Of a stretch of DNA of 43,550 nt, positions 23,711-32,942 are shown piece by piece. Made by a program: the position numbers and the translations under genes. The DNA is from a virus. Each line of letters starts with the position of its first letter. The first letter of the stretch is position 1. The notes beneath the pieces are model-generated. The model saw only the letters and a list, made by a program, of their open reading frames with translations. It was not told where the DNA came from and ran no database searches. The stretch lies in UHGV virus genome UHGV-0212646. The stretch is one strand, 5' to 3'.

Positions 23711-24166
23711 TTATTCCTCCTTTACATCTGCATTCTGAATCATGGACTGCATCTGCGGTGTGGAATCCTCTCTAAACTCCCGGTAATCCACATCAAACTG
23801 AAAATGCAGCACATTATCCTCGATTTTTAAGTTTCTATTTTTAATTTTAAAGCCAGGAGCCATAAATTTTCTTGTCAGCTCCTGGCCCACGCTCCAGCAT
23901 TCCTCCTGGAGTTCTGCCCGCCCCCCATTCTCTGGGAAATAGAGAACATCCAGGCTGACCGTATTTTTCAGTCGGCCATTGATACCGCGGGAGGGTTCCT
24001 GGTCATAGATTGTTACCATAAAACTGGGAACCTTAAAGTTCTGAGGAACATCTTCACGATATACCCTGCAGTTTTTTACTTCCTTTAGCCCCTCAGCAAT
24101 GGCTTTATACAGTTCACTGATCATGTCGATTCTGTACCGCCTCCACTTCTCTCTTAAAGCATTCAA
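23711..24166 (-). CDS. hypothetical phage structural protein (tail completion/terminator position)
   Basis: Gene order. Start uncertain (24166 or 24124). Confidence 0.4.
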   Translation of the reverse strand: MNALREKWRRYRIDMISELYKAIAEGLKEVKNCRVYREDVPQNFKVPSFMVTIYDQEPSRGINGRLKNTVSLDVLYFPENGGRAELQEECWSVGQELTRKFMAPGFKIKNRNLKIEDNVLHFQFDVDYREFREDSTPQMQSMIQNADVKEE

Positions 24167-24542
24167 TTAACCTTTTGGAAACATAGTTCTGCGTCTTTTC
24201 CAGCAGATGATCTCCCTGTTTGCTTTTAACGTACCCTGTAGTATTTCCATCCTGATCCACAGTGCGATGCCCGTAATTGACATAAGAGGCATAATCCGCA
24301 CTGTTGACAAGATTTTTAGTAACTCCTCCATCTTTAGAACGCACAGCCGGAGCCGATCGCCAGTTTTTTCGATAAAATCCCGTAATCACCGGTGAATTTT
24401 TCTTGGCATACCGCATCCCTTCATTGACTGCCTGATTTAAAACTCGGATGTCAATCTCTCGGATATCGTCCACCATACTCATCAGTTCTTTGCGATACTG
24501 GTCAATAAACGCTTTATTCCTTCTGTAATTACTGCTGCTCAT
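24114..24542 (-). CDS. HK97 gp10-family phage protein
   Basis: Family-like sequence (…YVNYGHRTVDQDGNTTGYV…). Confidence 0.6.
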   Translation of the reverse strand: MSSSNYRRNKAFIDQYRKELMSMVDDIREIDIRVLNQAVNEGMRYAKKNSPVITGFYRKNWRSAPAVRSKDGGVTKNLVNSADYASYVNYGHRTVDQDGNTTGYVKSKQGDHLLEKTQNYVSKRLIECFKREVEAVQNRHDQ

Positions 24543-24874
24543 GCATTATCATCCCTCTTCACTTCGCACTGCCACTGATAGGTATATGGATGGCACTCTC
24601 CCAAGGAGACCTCGACTGTCTTTCCAGTTCTCATCGTGATCACCAACTGATCGCCTTCCTGCACATCCTCATCCAGACCGCAGAAAAGCTTATAACTGTT
24701 CTGTATGGATGGGTTCGGTGTACCAGTCTGAACCTGTCCGGAAGAACTGTAGCGGCATGGGCGGCCCTCTGCCACCAGAAACAGTTCACTTCTGGTATAA
24801 CCGTCCTTTTCTACTTCGTGCCAGCGTTTCACTGTCATTTTTGCATCATACATCACTGCATATGGATTAAACAT
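24539..24874 (-). CDS. head-tail adaptor / head closure protein
   Basis: Size and gene order. Confidence 0.55.
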   Translation of the reverse strand: MFNPYAVMYDAKMTVKRWHEVEKDGYTRSELFLVAEGRPCRYSSSGQVQTGTPNPSIQNSYKLFCGLDEDVQEGDQLVITMRTGKTVEVSLGECHPYTYQWQCEVKRDDNA

Positions 24875-25220
24875 AGCCCCTCAACCTCCTGTGGCGCCTC
24901 AAGGCTGCTTTATCACTGTCAGACAGTCCATAAATACTGGCTTTTGTATTTCCATCCGTCTGCGCCCAGGTAATGCTCCCATCCCCTTCCTTGATGCTGG
25001 CTACCTCCGGCTGATATCCGGTTCCATTGGCCGCTTCATAATCCAGGATACCTTTTACCTTTCTTCGTATAATCGGTTCCAGGATATCTGGGATACATTC
25101 GCGAGGCAGGTTACAGTAATCACATACCATCAGGACCATATCAGAAATTAAAATAGTGTGCTCCCCTGAGCCTAAGGCCAGATTCCTTTCCACTGCCCCC
25201 AACATCTCAGAAAACGTCAT
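24867..25220 (-). CDS. gp6-like head-tail connector protein
   Basis: AAGGAGG SD, then ATG at 25220 (MTFSEMLGAVER...). The longer upstream extension in the ORF track is unlikely. Confidence 0.55.
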   Translation of the reverse strand: MTFSEMLGAVERNLALGSGEHTILISDMVLMVCDYCNLPRECIPDILEPIIRRKVKGILDYEAANGTGYQPEVASIKEGDGSITWAQTDGNTKASIYGLSDSDKAALRRHRRLRGYV

Positions 25221-25230
25221 GGCAGCCTCC

Positions 25231-25422
25231 TTATTTTGCAATGATCCCGGCATCCCGGAGAGACTTAAGCAAGGCATTAAACTCTGTCTGGGTCGGAGCG
25301 GCAGCCGCATCTGCCACAGCAGCTCCCTGTTTCATCCCGGATGCAGGGATCCTTCCATCAAAATCTTCCAGGATCTCCCGCACTTTTGGCGGGATCCCGG
25401 ACATATCAAAATTCTTCTTCAT
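25231..25422 (-). CDS. hypothetical small phage protein (63 aa)
   Basis: Compact ORF between capsid and connector with an Ala-rich linker. Confidence 0.4.
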   Translation of the reverse strand: MKKNFDMSGIPPKVREILEDFDGRIPASGMKQGAAVADAAAAPTQTEFNALLKSLRDAGIIAK

Positions 25423-25431
25423 GTGCTCACC

Positions 25432-26382
25432 TTATCCTTTCAGGCCAGTGATCGCACCATGCATAAATGCAGGGCCATGATCCAGACCAAACTGCCCAAA
25501 AATCTGGCCTTCCTCAGACGCGCCCGTCTTGGCCAGCTCCTCATAGAAAAAGTTGCCTTTCCCTGGAACTGGCTGGAATACAGGAGCAAGCACGGACATC
25601 TCAGCTGCCAACACCGCTGTCTGAGGCATAAAACGATCAAGAGCAATACCAATGTTGCCAAAATCTGTTTCAATCTGCTTGATATTGGTGCCGCCCACGT
25701 TCCGATCCTCTGGAGCATAGGAATAAATATCGGTAATGATCTGCTTCTGGGTACTGCCTACATACAGAACCATGTTAGAGAACACAGCGCCAGCATCATA
25801 CATAGCCTTAAAAAGCTGCTGCATCAGTGCCTTGGTAAGAGCTGCGTTCTTACCATCAACCTTAGTACCACCATCGCCGCCGCAAAGGGCCAGAAGACCG
25901 CGGGTTTTATTGGCGGTTGCCGCACTGTCCGCTTTCTGATACACACCGTTGATAATGGTGTATTCAACATCACGGGCAATCTTCTCCAGTTTCCTCGCAA
26001 TCTGCCAGTCCTTCTCCGTAGTCTGGACATTGCTCTGCTGTCCGGCAGTATTCAGGCCGCTCATCCGACCGCGGTTACTTTCCCTCACATAGGAGATAGA
26101 TACCTTCTCGTGGAAGATCTGGGTCACATTAGTGTTCTGCGTCCTGACGATCTCCTCTGCCGTCGGAGCTGTCAAAGATGCCGTCTCTGTAATTTCCGGC
26201 TGCTTCGCCTCCGGAAGGCTGTACTGAGAGTCCGTAGAAAATTCAAAGTTTTCCGTCTGCACGCCTCCGGTCAGTCCGCCAATGGCGCTTAAAATAGGGG
26301 TATTGGTGGAATCAGCGGTAAAAAGGTCTCCCGCGTAATTAGGAAGATTCCACACTGTTCCTGTTCCACTTACATTTGCCAT
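25432..26382 (-). CDS. major capsid protein
   Basis: 316 aa, directly after the scaffold gene. Confidence 0.7.
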   Translation of the reverse strand: MANVSGTGTVWNLPNYAGDLFTADSTNTPILSAIGGLTGGVQTENFEFSTDSQYSLPEAKQPEITETASLTAPTAEEIVRTQNTNVTQIFHEKVSISYVRESNRGRMSGLNTAGQQSNVQTTEKDWQIARKLEKIARDVEYTIINGVYQKADSAATANKTRGLLALCGGDGGTKVDGKNAALTKALMQQLFKAMYDAGAVFSNMVLYVGSTQKQIITDIYSYAPEDRNVGGTNIKQIETDFGNIGIALDRFMPQTAVLAAEMSVLAPVFQPVPGKGNFFYEELAKTGASEEGQIFGQFGLDHGPAFMHGAITGLKG

Positions 26383-26385
26383 AGA

Positions 26386-27015
26386 TTATTCCTCACTTCC
26401 TGCCTGTTCCAGGCTAAATAATTCATTTCTTGCTGCGATACGATCCGCAAGACGGGTCTTCGGATCATTGATCAACTTTTCCAGTTCTGCCTTTCGGTCG
26501 GCGCCGGCCGCACCCTGGGGAGGAGTCTTGCCGTTGTTGGGTGGGGTCTTGCCGGATACCGGCGGAGTAAAGAGCTCCTTGTAGGTCTCCTTCACCGTCT
26601 TAAGCTGCTCTGTCAATCCGGACACGCTGCCATCTTCTGCCAAGATCAGCTTAGACCGGTCGAACTTGTCAGCCATTAGATCCGGATATTTGCAGTCTGT
26701 CAGCTGATTCTTAATGGCACTGGTCAACTTCATATCACGGATTTTTGCCTCGTACTCCTTTTTCGTCTGCTTATTGGCCTCCTCCAGCTCCGTGATCTTG
26801 TTCTGAAGGGCCTCACTGTCCTTGGCCTCATCCTTTAAACTTTTCAGCTGCTTGTCCCGGTCGGCCACCTGTTTTTCCAGATCAGCTTTAGCCGTATTCA
26901 CTTCATCAAAACGGCTCTTGGGAATAAATCCCTTCATTTCCTCTGTGTAGATGTCAATGACGGACGTAGCCTGCTCTTCGGTCAGCCCTTTTGCCACTAA
27001 CTCTTCCTTCTTCAT
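26386..27015 (-). CDS. scaffolding protein (GP20-like)
   Basis: Coiled-coil, Lys/Glu-rich, position. Confidence 0.7.
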   Translation of the reverse strand: MKKEELVAKGLTEEQATSVIDIYTEEMKGFIPKSRFDEVNTAKADLEKQVADRDKQLKSLKDEAKDSEALQNKITELEEANKQTKKEYEAKIRDMKLTSAIKNQLTDCKYPDLMADKFDRSKLILAEDGSVSGLTEQLKTVKETYKELFTPPVSGKTPPNNGKTPPQGAAGADRKAELEKLINDPKTRLADRIAARNELFSLEQAGSEE

Positions 27016-27305
27016 ATTGCTGCTCCTTTCGTTTCATCTTCGCTTGTTATCCCGGTCGCGCCCGGTGATGTCCCGTTCTTTTTCGCCTGCGGTACCGGAA
27101 AGGCGAAAAAAAAATAACACCCAGGCCCCGCCTGCGTGCTTATGACTAATTCTATAACTTGCTATGACTTATTCGATTTTTCCACACCTCACGCACCGCC
27201 ACACATACCCGCCAGCCTCCCGGCTCCAATGCTTACGGTACCTGTGCTGACAGCGCCTCTGCCGAAACCACCGAATCATACATTCAATCAATTGCCTCAC
27301 CTCCC

Positions 27306-27322
27306 TGTTGCGACGTCGCACA
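27306..27322. repeat. GTTGCGACGTCGCAC palindromic motif (copy 2)
   Basis: Identical to 9184-9200. Lies in the 480-bp noncoding gap between the minor-head and scaffold genes. Confidence 0.4.
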
Positions 27323-27496
27323 ACCTAAAAATGCGTACAAAAAACCACCGGCCATTACTGACTGGTGGTTTTAAATGCGTCCTTCTTTTTTTAACTGTTC
27401 TATTTCTTCTGCTGTTAACTTAAATGCTTTTATCTGTTCCTCTCTCCACGCTTTTTCACGTTCTTCTAAGTCCTTATCGTAATCTGTTTTTGTCAA

Positions 27497-29188
27497 TCAG
27501 ACCACCTCCAATTCAATGGTATTCCCTTTCCTTGATAATACTCTATAAATACATTCCTTGTCAAGCAATAGCTCTCTTTGTTTTTCAAAATGACTTAGCT
27601 TTTCAATATATGCTGCGTTAGCTCCCTTTTTCACATAAATAACAATTCTATATTTTGCATTAAATGAACGATTCTCAATAACTGACGTACTAAAAAACTG
27701 CTTCGGTCTAAATAGGCCATTTTCTGCTATACCTGAAGATGGGTCTATATCCATTCCTCTATATGCAATAACATCATACTTTAGCCTATTTTTCTTCAGT
27801 CCTCTTGATATAGCTTCGGCATATTCTTGTAATTTCGCATTTTCTGGAGCATCTCCCCGGAGCATAGCATTTAATCTCTCAAAGAAACGATTCGGCTTTT
27901 TATCCCCAGAATTATATGCATACTTCTGGATTGCTCTCTTTTCCTTATCTGTTAGCTCTTGAATCCACCCTTCTGAATCTTTTCTTAATATCTGTACTAC
28001 CTGTCCTGATGGTACAGCTTTAAAATTTGCAAGTGGCCTCTTTGAATCTACATATTCTCCACTGGTCATTCCGCCAGTCTTGAATCTGAGATTTTTCCAT
28101 TTCCTTGCCTTTATTCCATATTTTTTCTGGTTTTCTTCATCCAACGAATGCTCTGCCAATCGCTCATACTTCTCTGCCTGTCGCTGTACATACTGCTGTC
28201 TCCATTCCTTCCAAGTCATACCTTCCGAAACCTCAATAGGATTTCCATCCGTATCTCTGGCTGCCCGGGTCAAATCTTCTGTAGGAGTATCATCATAGTG
28301 CGGGACTGTTGTACATCGGCACAGCGGATGGAATGGTGGCATATTTATCCCGATAATTTCTTTCCCCACCTCGTACACCTTATTGTCCAGTTCCCCACAG
28401 ACACCGCAGGTCTTGCTGTCCAATGTGGCGAGGATCTCATATTTTTCTACGCCGTCCTCTTTATAGCCTGCATGGGCAGCCTGACTCATCAGGAAGGAAC
28501 TCTCTGTATGCAGGAGTCGGTACGCATCAAACTTCTTCGAGTTCATTTTCTTGGCAAACTCATTCGTCAGCATAGATGGATGCTTGCCCTGAATCAGCAT
28601 CGTGGTCACCGCCTCCATCAGCTGGGCCTGCAGGTGATCCTTCTGTCTCCACAAACGCTCTGAAAATACCGCACCGTTGAATGGATATTCCAGCAGTTTT
28701 TCCACAACTGTAGGGTTGATTTGTGCAAACGCCGCGTGAAAACCGTGATACTGGTCAATATTGTACCAAGTACGGTAATACGCCTCCCCATAGACCTCAT
28801 ACATGGTCTTTTCTGCCTCTGCCTGATAATCTGTGACATACAGCTGCCTGAGAAGAGCATCTATCTGGGCCTCCAGGGCCTGGTAGCGGGTAATCCGAGC
28901 CTTGATGGACATATTATTGACCGTCTGGTTGTACCTGCCAATATTTTGCATTACCAGATTGATATACTCTTTCAACTCCCCCACCTGCTCCGCGTCCAGC
29001 TTTTTCTGGGCTGAGGCATAGGAGAGGCCGTTTTCCTCTGCATAGCGGAAATAGAACGCCTCAATGATCTTCTGCAGTTCCCGCCTCGTCTGATTAAATG
29101 CCTTTTCCAACCGGGTGAAATACTGATTCATCTTCATTTCCCCCGCTTGGTACATGAGTTCCTGACGTTTCTGCCAATAATTCGCCAT
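27497..29188 (-). CDS. SPP1 gp7 / Mu F-like minor head protein fused to a C-terminal ADP-ribosyltransferase (exoenzyme-type) domain
   Basis: N-terminal ~340 aa are Phage_Mu_F-like. The C-terminal ~220 aa carry the ART triad: R (VIAYRGMD), STS (FFSTSV), QxE (EKQRELL). Confidence 0.7.
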   Translation of the reverse strand: MANYWQKRQELMYQAGEMKMNQYFTRLEKAFNQTRRELQKIIEAFYFRYAEENGLSYASAQKKLDAEQVGELKEYINLVMQNIGRYNQTVNNMSIKARITRYQALEAQIDALLRQLYVTDYQAEAEKTMYEVYGEAYYRTWYNIDQYHGFHAAFAQINPTVVEKLLEYPFNGAVFSERLWRQKDHLQAQLMEAVTTMLIQGKHPSMLTNEFAKKMNSKKFDAYRLLHTESSFLMSQAAHAGYKEDGVEKYEILATLDSKTCGVCGELDNKVYEVGKEIIGINMPPFHPLCRCTTVPHYDDTPTEDLTRAARDTDGNPIEVSEGMTWKEWRQQYVQRQAEKYERLAEHSLDEENQKKYGIKARKWKNLRFKTGGMTSGEYVDSKRPLANFKAVPSGQVVQILRKDSEGWIQELTDKEKRAIQKYAYNSGDKKPNRFFERLNAMLRGDAPENAKLQEYAEAISRGLKKNRLKYDVIAYRGMDIDPSSGIAENGLFRPKQFFSTSVIENRSFNAKYRIVIYVKKGANAAYIEKLSHFEKQRELLLDKECIYRVLSRKGNTIELEVV

Positions 29189-30687
29189 TATTCTTCACCA
29201 CCTTGGCCGTCCTCTCCCGCATTCTGCTCTGGGAACATATCGGAGAGTTCTTTCTGCGCCGCTTCTTCCTGGGCTTTCAAACGCTCCAGTTCCTCATCGG
29301 CATCTTCCACCCACGGATGGTTCTTCACAATTGTTTCGTCAGAGATCACCCCTTTACTGTTCTGGCAGTCTGTAATTGCTTGGCTTTCATTGATCGCAAT
29401 ATCCCTGTTAAAGGTAACATCAATCTCCTGGTCATAGAAGCTGCCGGTCCCGGTCAGTTCCAGATAGCGGTTGACGAACCAGAACAGCTGATCCATACCA
29501 TCCTTGAATGCATTCTCCATCCGGTTGCATTTCAGATCCAAGCCGGAATAAATAAATTTAAGGGCAATTCCAGAAGGGCTGTTTCCCAGCTTGTCACTGT
29601 TCTTGTCCACACCCTGGCCAAAGTCATAGATATCCTTTTTCAGGGTTTCAAAGTCATCCTTTGCTGCAGCGATATCTATCGGGGCCGTAATCGCCTCCGC
29701 CCCGCCGTCCTCATCCAGGGAAATAGCACGGAAGTAGTTCAGCTCCTGCATGAACTCTCCCAGATCATGCCCCCCATAACCTTTCAAAGCATACACGATG
29801 GAACGTGCCTCGTCCAAGAAGTTCGCCACATCTGATCGGGCCTTGTCATACCCATCAATCAGAGTTTTCACAAATTTCAGATCTGGAAGTTCATAATCGT
29901 TATTTTTAAAGGCTATGAATGGCACTTTCCCCCAGTTTCCCGGAGCATTTCCTACCTGAAAATGCTCCATAAACTCACTATCTTCGTCTACCGCAGCGTC
30001 CAGATACCGCTCTGAATCCAGCCGTAGGTCCTGTCCCTCGCCCTCTGAATCTGATGTGTAATAGGCCACTCCCTCCGGCGTCCAGTATTCCACCTTCGTG
30101 ATGATCTTCTGTTCTTGGCCTTCGATGGTATCCACATCGTAGAACCAGATAAAACCATTCATATCTTCATGGTCATTGTCTGTCCACAGAGGAATCCCCT
30201 GCCCCGGCTTAATGATCATAGTCCGAAATGCTCCATTCTCATCGATGTACGGATGCAACCAAGAGAGTCCTCCGTTAGATGCATCCACACCCAAGCGCAT
30301 CAAGCGCTTTGCCTGGAATGTCTTTCCAATCGCATCCTTTACCATTTGCAAGTAATCTTCTGAACCCTCGCACGATAATGTGAACGGCTTTGAAAGAAGG
30401 TAGTTGACCTTATCCTCTACCAGGATATGCATAAACCCATGGGCCCGGCGGTTGTTGGGTTTCGCCAGATCCAGAATACGATCGATCCTGCCTGTAGCTT
30501 TGTTCTCCTGGTATCGGTACATTTTCCGGTTCATGATTGCTGGATTGTCCACTGCATAGTAGGCTTCTCCGTCCAGCATCCACTTCCGCTCCCTGGACTT
30601 TATGAACTCGTCCATATACAACCGGCACAGCTGCATATGGGTCATTCGATTTTTGTTGGGATCAAAAATAATATCCATCTTCCTCAC
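29188..30687 (-). CDS. portal protein (SPP1 family)
   Basis: 499 aa, position between TerL and the minor head gene. Confidence 0.8.
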   Translation of the reverse strand: MRKMDIIFDPNKNRMTHMQLCRLYMDEFIKSRERKWMLDGEAYYAVDNPAIMNRKMYRYQENKATGRIDRILDLAKPNNRRAHGFMHILVEDKVNYLLSKPFTLSCEGSEDYLQMVKDAIGKTFQAKRLMRLGVDASNGGLSWLHPYIDENGAFRTMIIKPGQGIPLWTDNDHEDMNGFIWFYDVDTIEGQEQKIITKVEYWTPEGVAYYTSDSEGEGQDLRLDSERYLDAAVDEDSEFMEHFQVGNAPGNWGKVPFIAFKNNDYELPDLKFVKTLIDGYDKARSDVANFLDEARSIVYALKGYGGHDLGEFMQELNYFRAISLDEDGGAEAITAPIDIAAAKDDFETLKKDIYDFGQGVDKNSDKLGNSPSGIALKFIYSGLDLKCNRMENAFKDGMDQLFWFVNRYLELTGTGSFYDQEIDVTFNRDIAINESQAITDCQNSKGVISDETIVKNHPWVEDADEELERLKAQEEAAQKELSDMFPEQNAGEDGQGGEE

Positions 30688-30688
30688 C

Positions 30689-32137
30689 TCACTTTAATAT
30701 CCGGATCCCCGGTTTCATCCTGATAATTGTCATACAAAAATACCGGAGCGCATCCAGCGCATGGTCATGTTCCTTTACTGGCTTGTCCTCGCCCTTATCT
30801 GCCGCCTTCGCATCCCAGATATAAGACGCAAACTCCTTGATCAGATTTTCGCAAGAATTATCTATAAAAATAGAACCCGTAAGCAGCAGCGTAGCTACAA
30901 ATCGGATTCCATCCAAAACATCATTTTTTGCTTTTTTGACTTTGAAGCCGTCTTTTTCTAACTGCGCCTTAAAGGATGCGGCAGCAGGATCCAGGATTAC
31001 AGCTCTGATTTCGGTATTTCCCAGCCAGCTTTTCAGATCCGCAGAATACTCCGCATCTGTCTTTTGTCGACCTTTGTCCCGACCAGAGTAGTAATACTCC
31101 CGCCGGCAGTACCATTTTTTATCATCTCCCTGTTGACACAGGAGGAAAGCCGTGGGGTTTTGGGTACCATAATCACAGCTGACATACTTATCACCAGTCC
31201 AGAAGTCATGCCCTGTCTGTGCTTTATATGCAGCAGCCAGAGACTCCGTATCAACGGTGTGCTTGTCTGGATCAAACATATCATAGATAACACCCTCGGC
31301 CATCGCCCAAAGGCCCATGATATAGCGCTTGAAGAATACGCCGGTATACATACTCCGGTACCTGGCTTTGATTTCTTCCGATAAACTCAGGTTATCGTCC
31401 ATGGTAAAATGGACGTACAGCAGCTTTTTAAGATCCGGTTCCTTCCCGGCGGCTTTGGATTCCTCCCGGAGCTTCGCGACCTTTTTCTTTCCCAGGTAGC
31501 CGATAGCCTTATCAATCCAGTTGACCTTAAACCAGTGATAGGGGCCATCTGGGTTGCAGTTAAACCAATATTTTGATCCAGTTACAGAACAGCGGCCGGT
31601 TGCCTGGTTCACAAAGCTCTCCGGCATCAGTGCAACCTCATCGCAAAAAAGCCCCGCCAGAGTGATACCCTGAATCAGGTCCTGACTGCGCTCGTCCTTG
31701 CCGCCGAAGATGTAAAAGTAGTTAGTAACCTGACCGCGGCTAATCTCCACCATATTGTCGGCGCGGTGGTCTGACACGCGGTACCCCCGGCTTTTTAACA
31801 TCAGCTTAAGCCAAAACAGGACATTACGCCGGAAAGAGCCGATGGTCTTGCCGCACATGGCAAAGTTCTGTCCAGAGAAGGTTGACATGGCCCACATCAC
31901 AAAGGATAAAGACATACAGACCGTTTTACCGGATCGGATGGCCCCATCTGCGATAATGCCGTCATAATACTTTACAGGACTGTTCGGCACCCACCATGTA
32001 AGAATCTGCTTTTGCTTGCGAGAGAAGGGCTGAAACTTAAAGATCTGGACCTTTGTCAGGATATTCCGCTGGCTTTTCAGTTTCTCCAGTTTCTGCTTGG
32101 TTTGGCTGATCCGTTCCTTAATCGTCATTGGAACCAC
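30689..32137 (-). CDS. terL: terminase large subunit (PBSX family)
   Basis: Walker A GAIRSGKT, followed by a nuclease domain. Confidence 0.85.
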   Translation of the reverse strand: MVPMTIKERISQTKQKLEKLKSQRNILTKVQIFKFQPFSRKQKQILTWWVPNSPVKYYDGIIADGAIRSGKTVCMSLSFVMWAMSTFSGQNFAMCGKTIGSFRRNVLFWLKLMLKSRGYRVSDHRADNMVEISRGQVTNYFYIFGGKDERSQDLIQGITLAGLFCDEVALMPESFVNQATGRCSVTGSKYWFNCNPDGPYHWFKVNWIDKAIGYLGKKKVAKLREESKAAGKEPDLKKLLYVHFTMDDNLSLSEEIKARYRSMYTGVFFKRYIMGLWAMAEGVIYDMFDPDKHTVDTESLAAAYKAQTGHDFWTGDKYVSCDYGTQNPTAFLLCQQGDDKKWYCRREYYYSGRDKGRQKTDAEYSADLKSWLGNTEIRAVILDPAAASFKAQLEKDGFKVKKAKNDVLDGIRFVATLLLTGSIFIDNSCENLIKEFASYIWDAKAADKGEDKPVKEHDHALDALRYFCMTIIRMKPGIRILK

Positions 32138-32864
32138 CCCACAAATCTCCGGACTCGGTATTCAGTGCCTCTAAAAATCCATCCTCTTCCACTTCCGTCT
32201 CCTGTCCGCCCAGTTTCAGTGCTGCCATATCCAGTTTCATGATCTCAATCTCCAGACGAGCATCATCCACGCCAAACCGATGCAGAGAATCAATGGCAGC
32301 CTGCTTTCGGGCCTGTACCCGAGTCAGGGCATCCTCAATGGCCTGGATCTGTCCAAGCGTTGCGTGTTCCTCATTCAGATCCGTCCATTTATCCTTCTCG
32401 GTTCCTTTTTTCTTTTTTACGGTGGTGAAATCCGCCTGCCGCAGGTTCTCAATACGCCGTAGCATTCGGCGTTCCCTGACAGTCAGCAGCTGAATCTCCT
32501 GGAAGAGAAGCTGCTCCTTATCCTTCGGGACTGTCTCGGCTAACCGGCGCTCATCTGAATCCAGACAATCAAAAAGGAGAGTCTCGAACTCTCCCGTGGT
32601 GACTGCGTTTTTATTTCCCGGTGGGCCTGTACCACCATGGCCTACAGCATTTTGATTGCCTGGCTGACCGCCTTTTGCTTTCGCAACGTTGCGTTTTTTC
32701 TTTTGCAACGCTGCATTACAATTCTCATCCCAGTTATATCGGTTCTTCCAGCTCCGGATCGTCCCTACAGGAACTTCCAAAGCCTTTGAAATATCAATCA
32801 ATTTCGTGCCTTGCAGGAACAGTTCCTTTGCCTGCTCCTGACGCTCATCTGGTGCTCTTGCCAA
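32118..32864 (-). CDS. terS: terminase small subunit
   Basis: N-terminal HTH (LFLQGTKLIDISKALEVPVGTIRSWKNRYNWD). Overlaps the terL start. Confidence 0.75.
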   Translation of the reverse strand: MARAPDERQEQAKELFLQGTKLIDISKALEVPVGTIRSWKNRYNWDENCNAALQKKKRNVAKAKGGQPGNQNAVGHGGTGPPGNKNAVTTGEFETLLFDCLDSDERRLAETVPKDKEQLLFQEIQLLTVRERRMLRRIENLRQADFTTVKKKKGTEKDKWTDLNEEHATLGQIQAIEDALTRVQARKQAAIDSLHRFGVDDARLEIEIMKLDMAALKLGGQETEVEEDGFLEALNTESGDLWGGSNDD

Positions 32865-32894
32865 GCCTCACCACCTCTCATTCGTTTCGTTTTT

Positions 32895-32925
32895 TGGGTA
32901 TAGAAAAAGAGCCGCACGGGGCGGC
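32895..32925 (-). terminator. intrinsic terminator after the ParA-like gene
   Basis: agagccgccccgtgcggctct followed by tttttct on the minus strand. Confidence 0.5.
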
Positions 32926-32942
32926 TCTGATAAAATGACTTT

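Noticed and set aside
25156-26292. 378-aa + strand ORF
   Set aside because: Antisense to the major capsid and connector genes. It is Arg/Leu/Cys-rich, typical of an antisense frame in GC-balanced coding DNA, and has no SD.
27136-27423. 95-aa Pro-rich + strand ORF
   Set aside because: Lies in the noncoding head-operon gap on the strand opposite to all neighbouring transcription. Its composition is an artefact of the GC-rich palindromic DNA.
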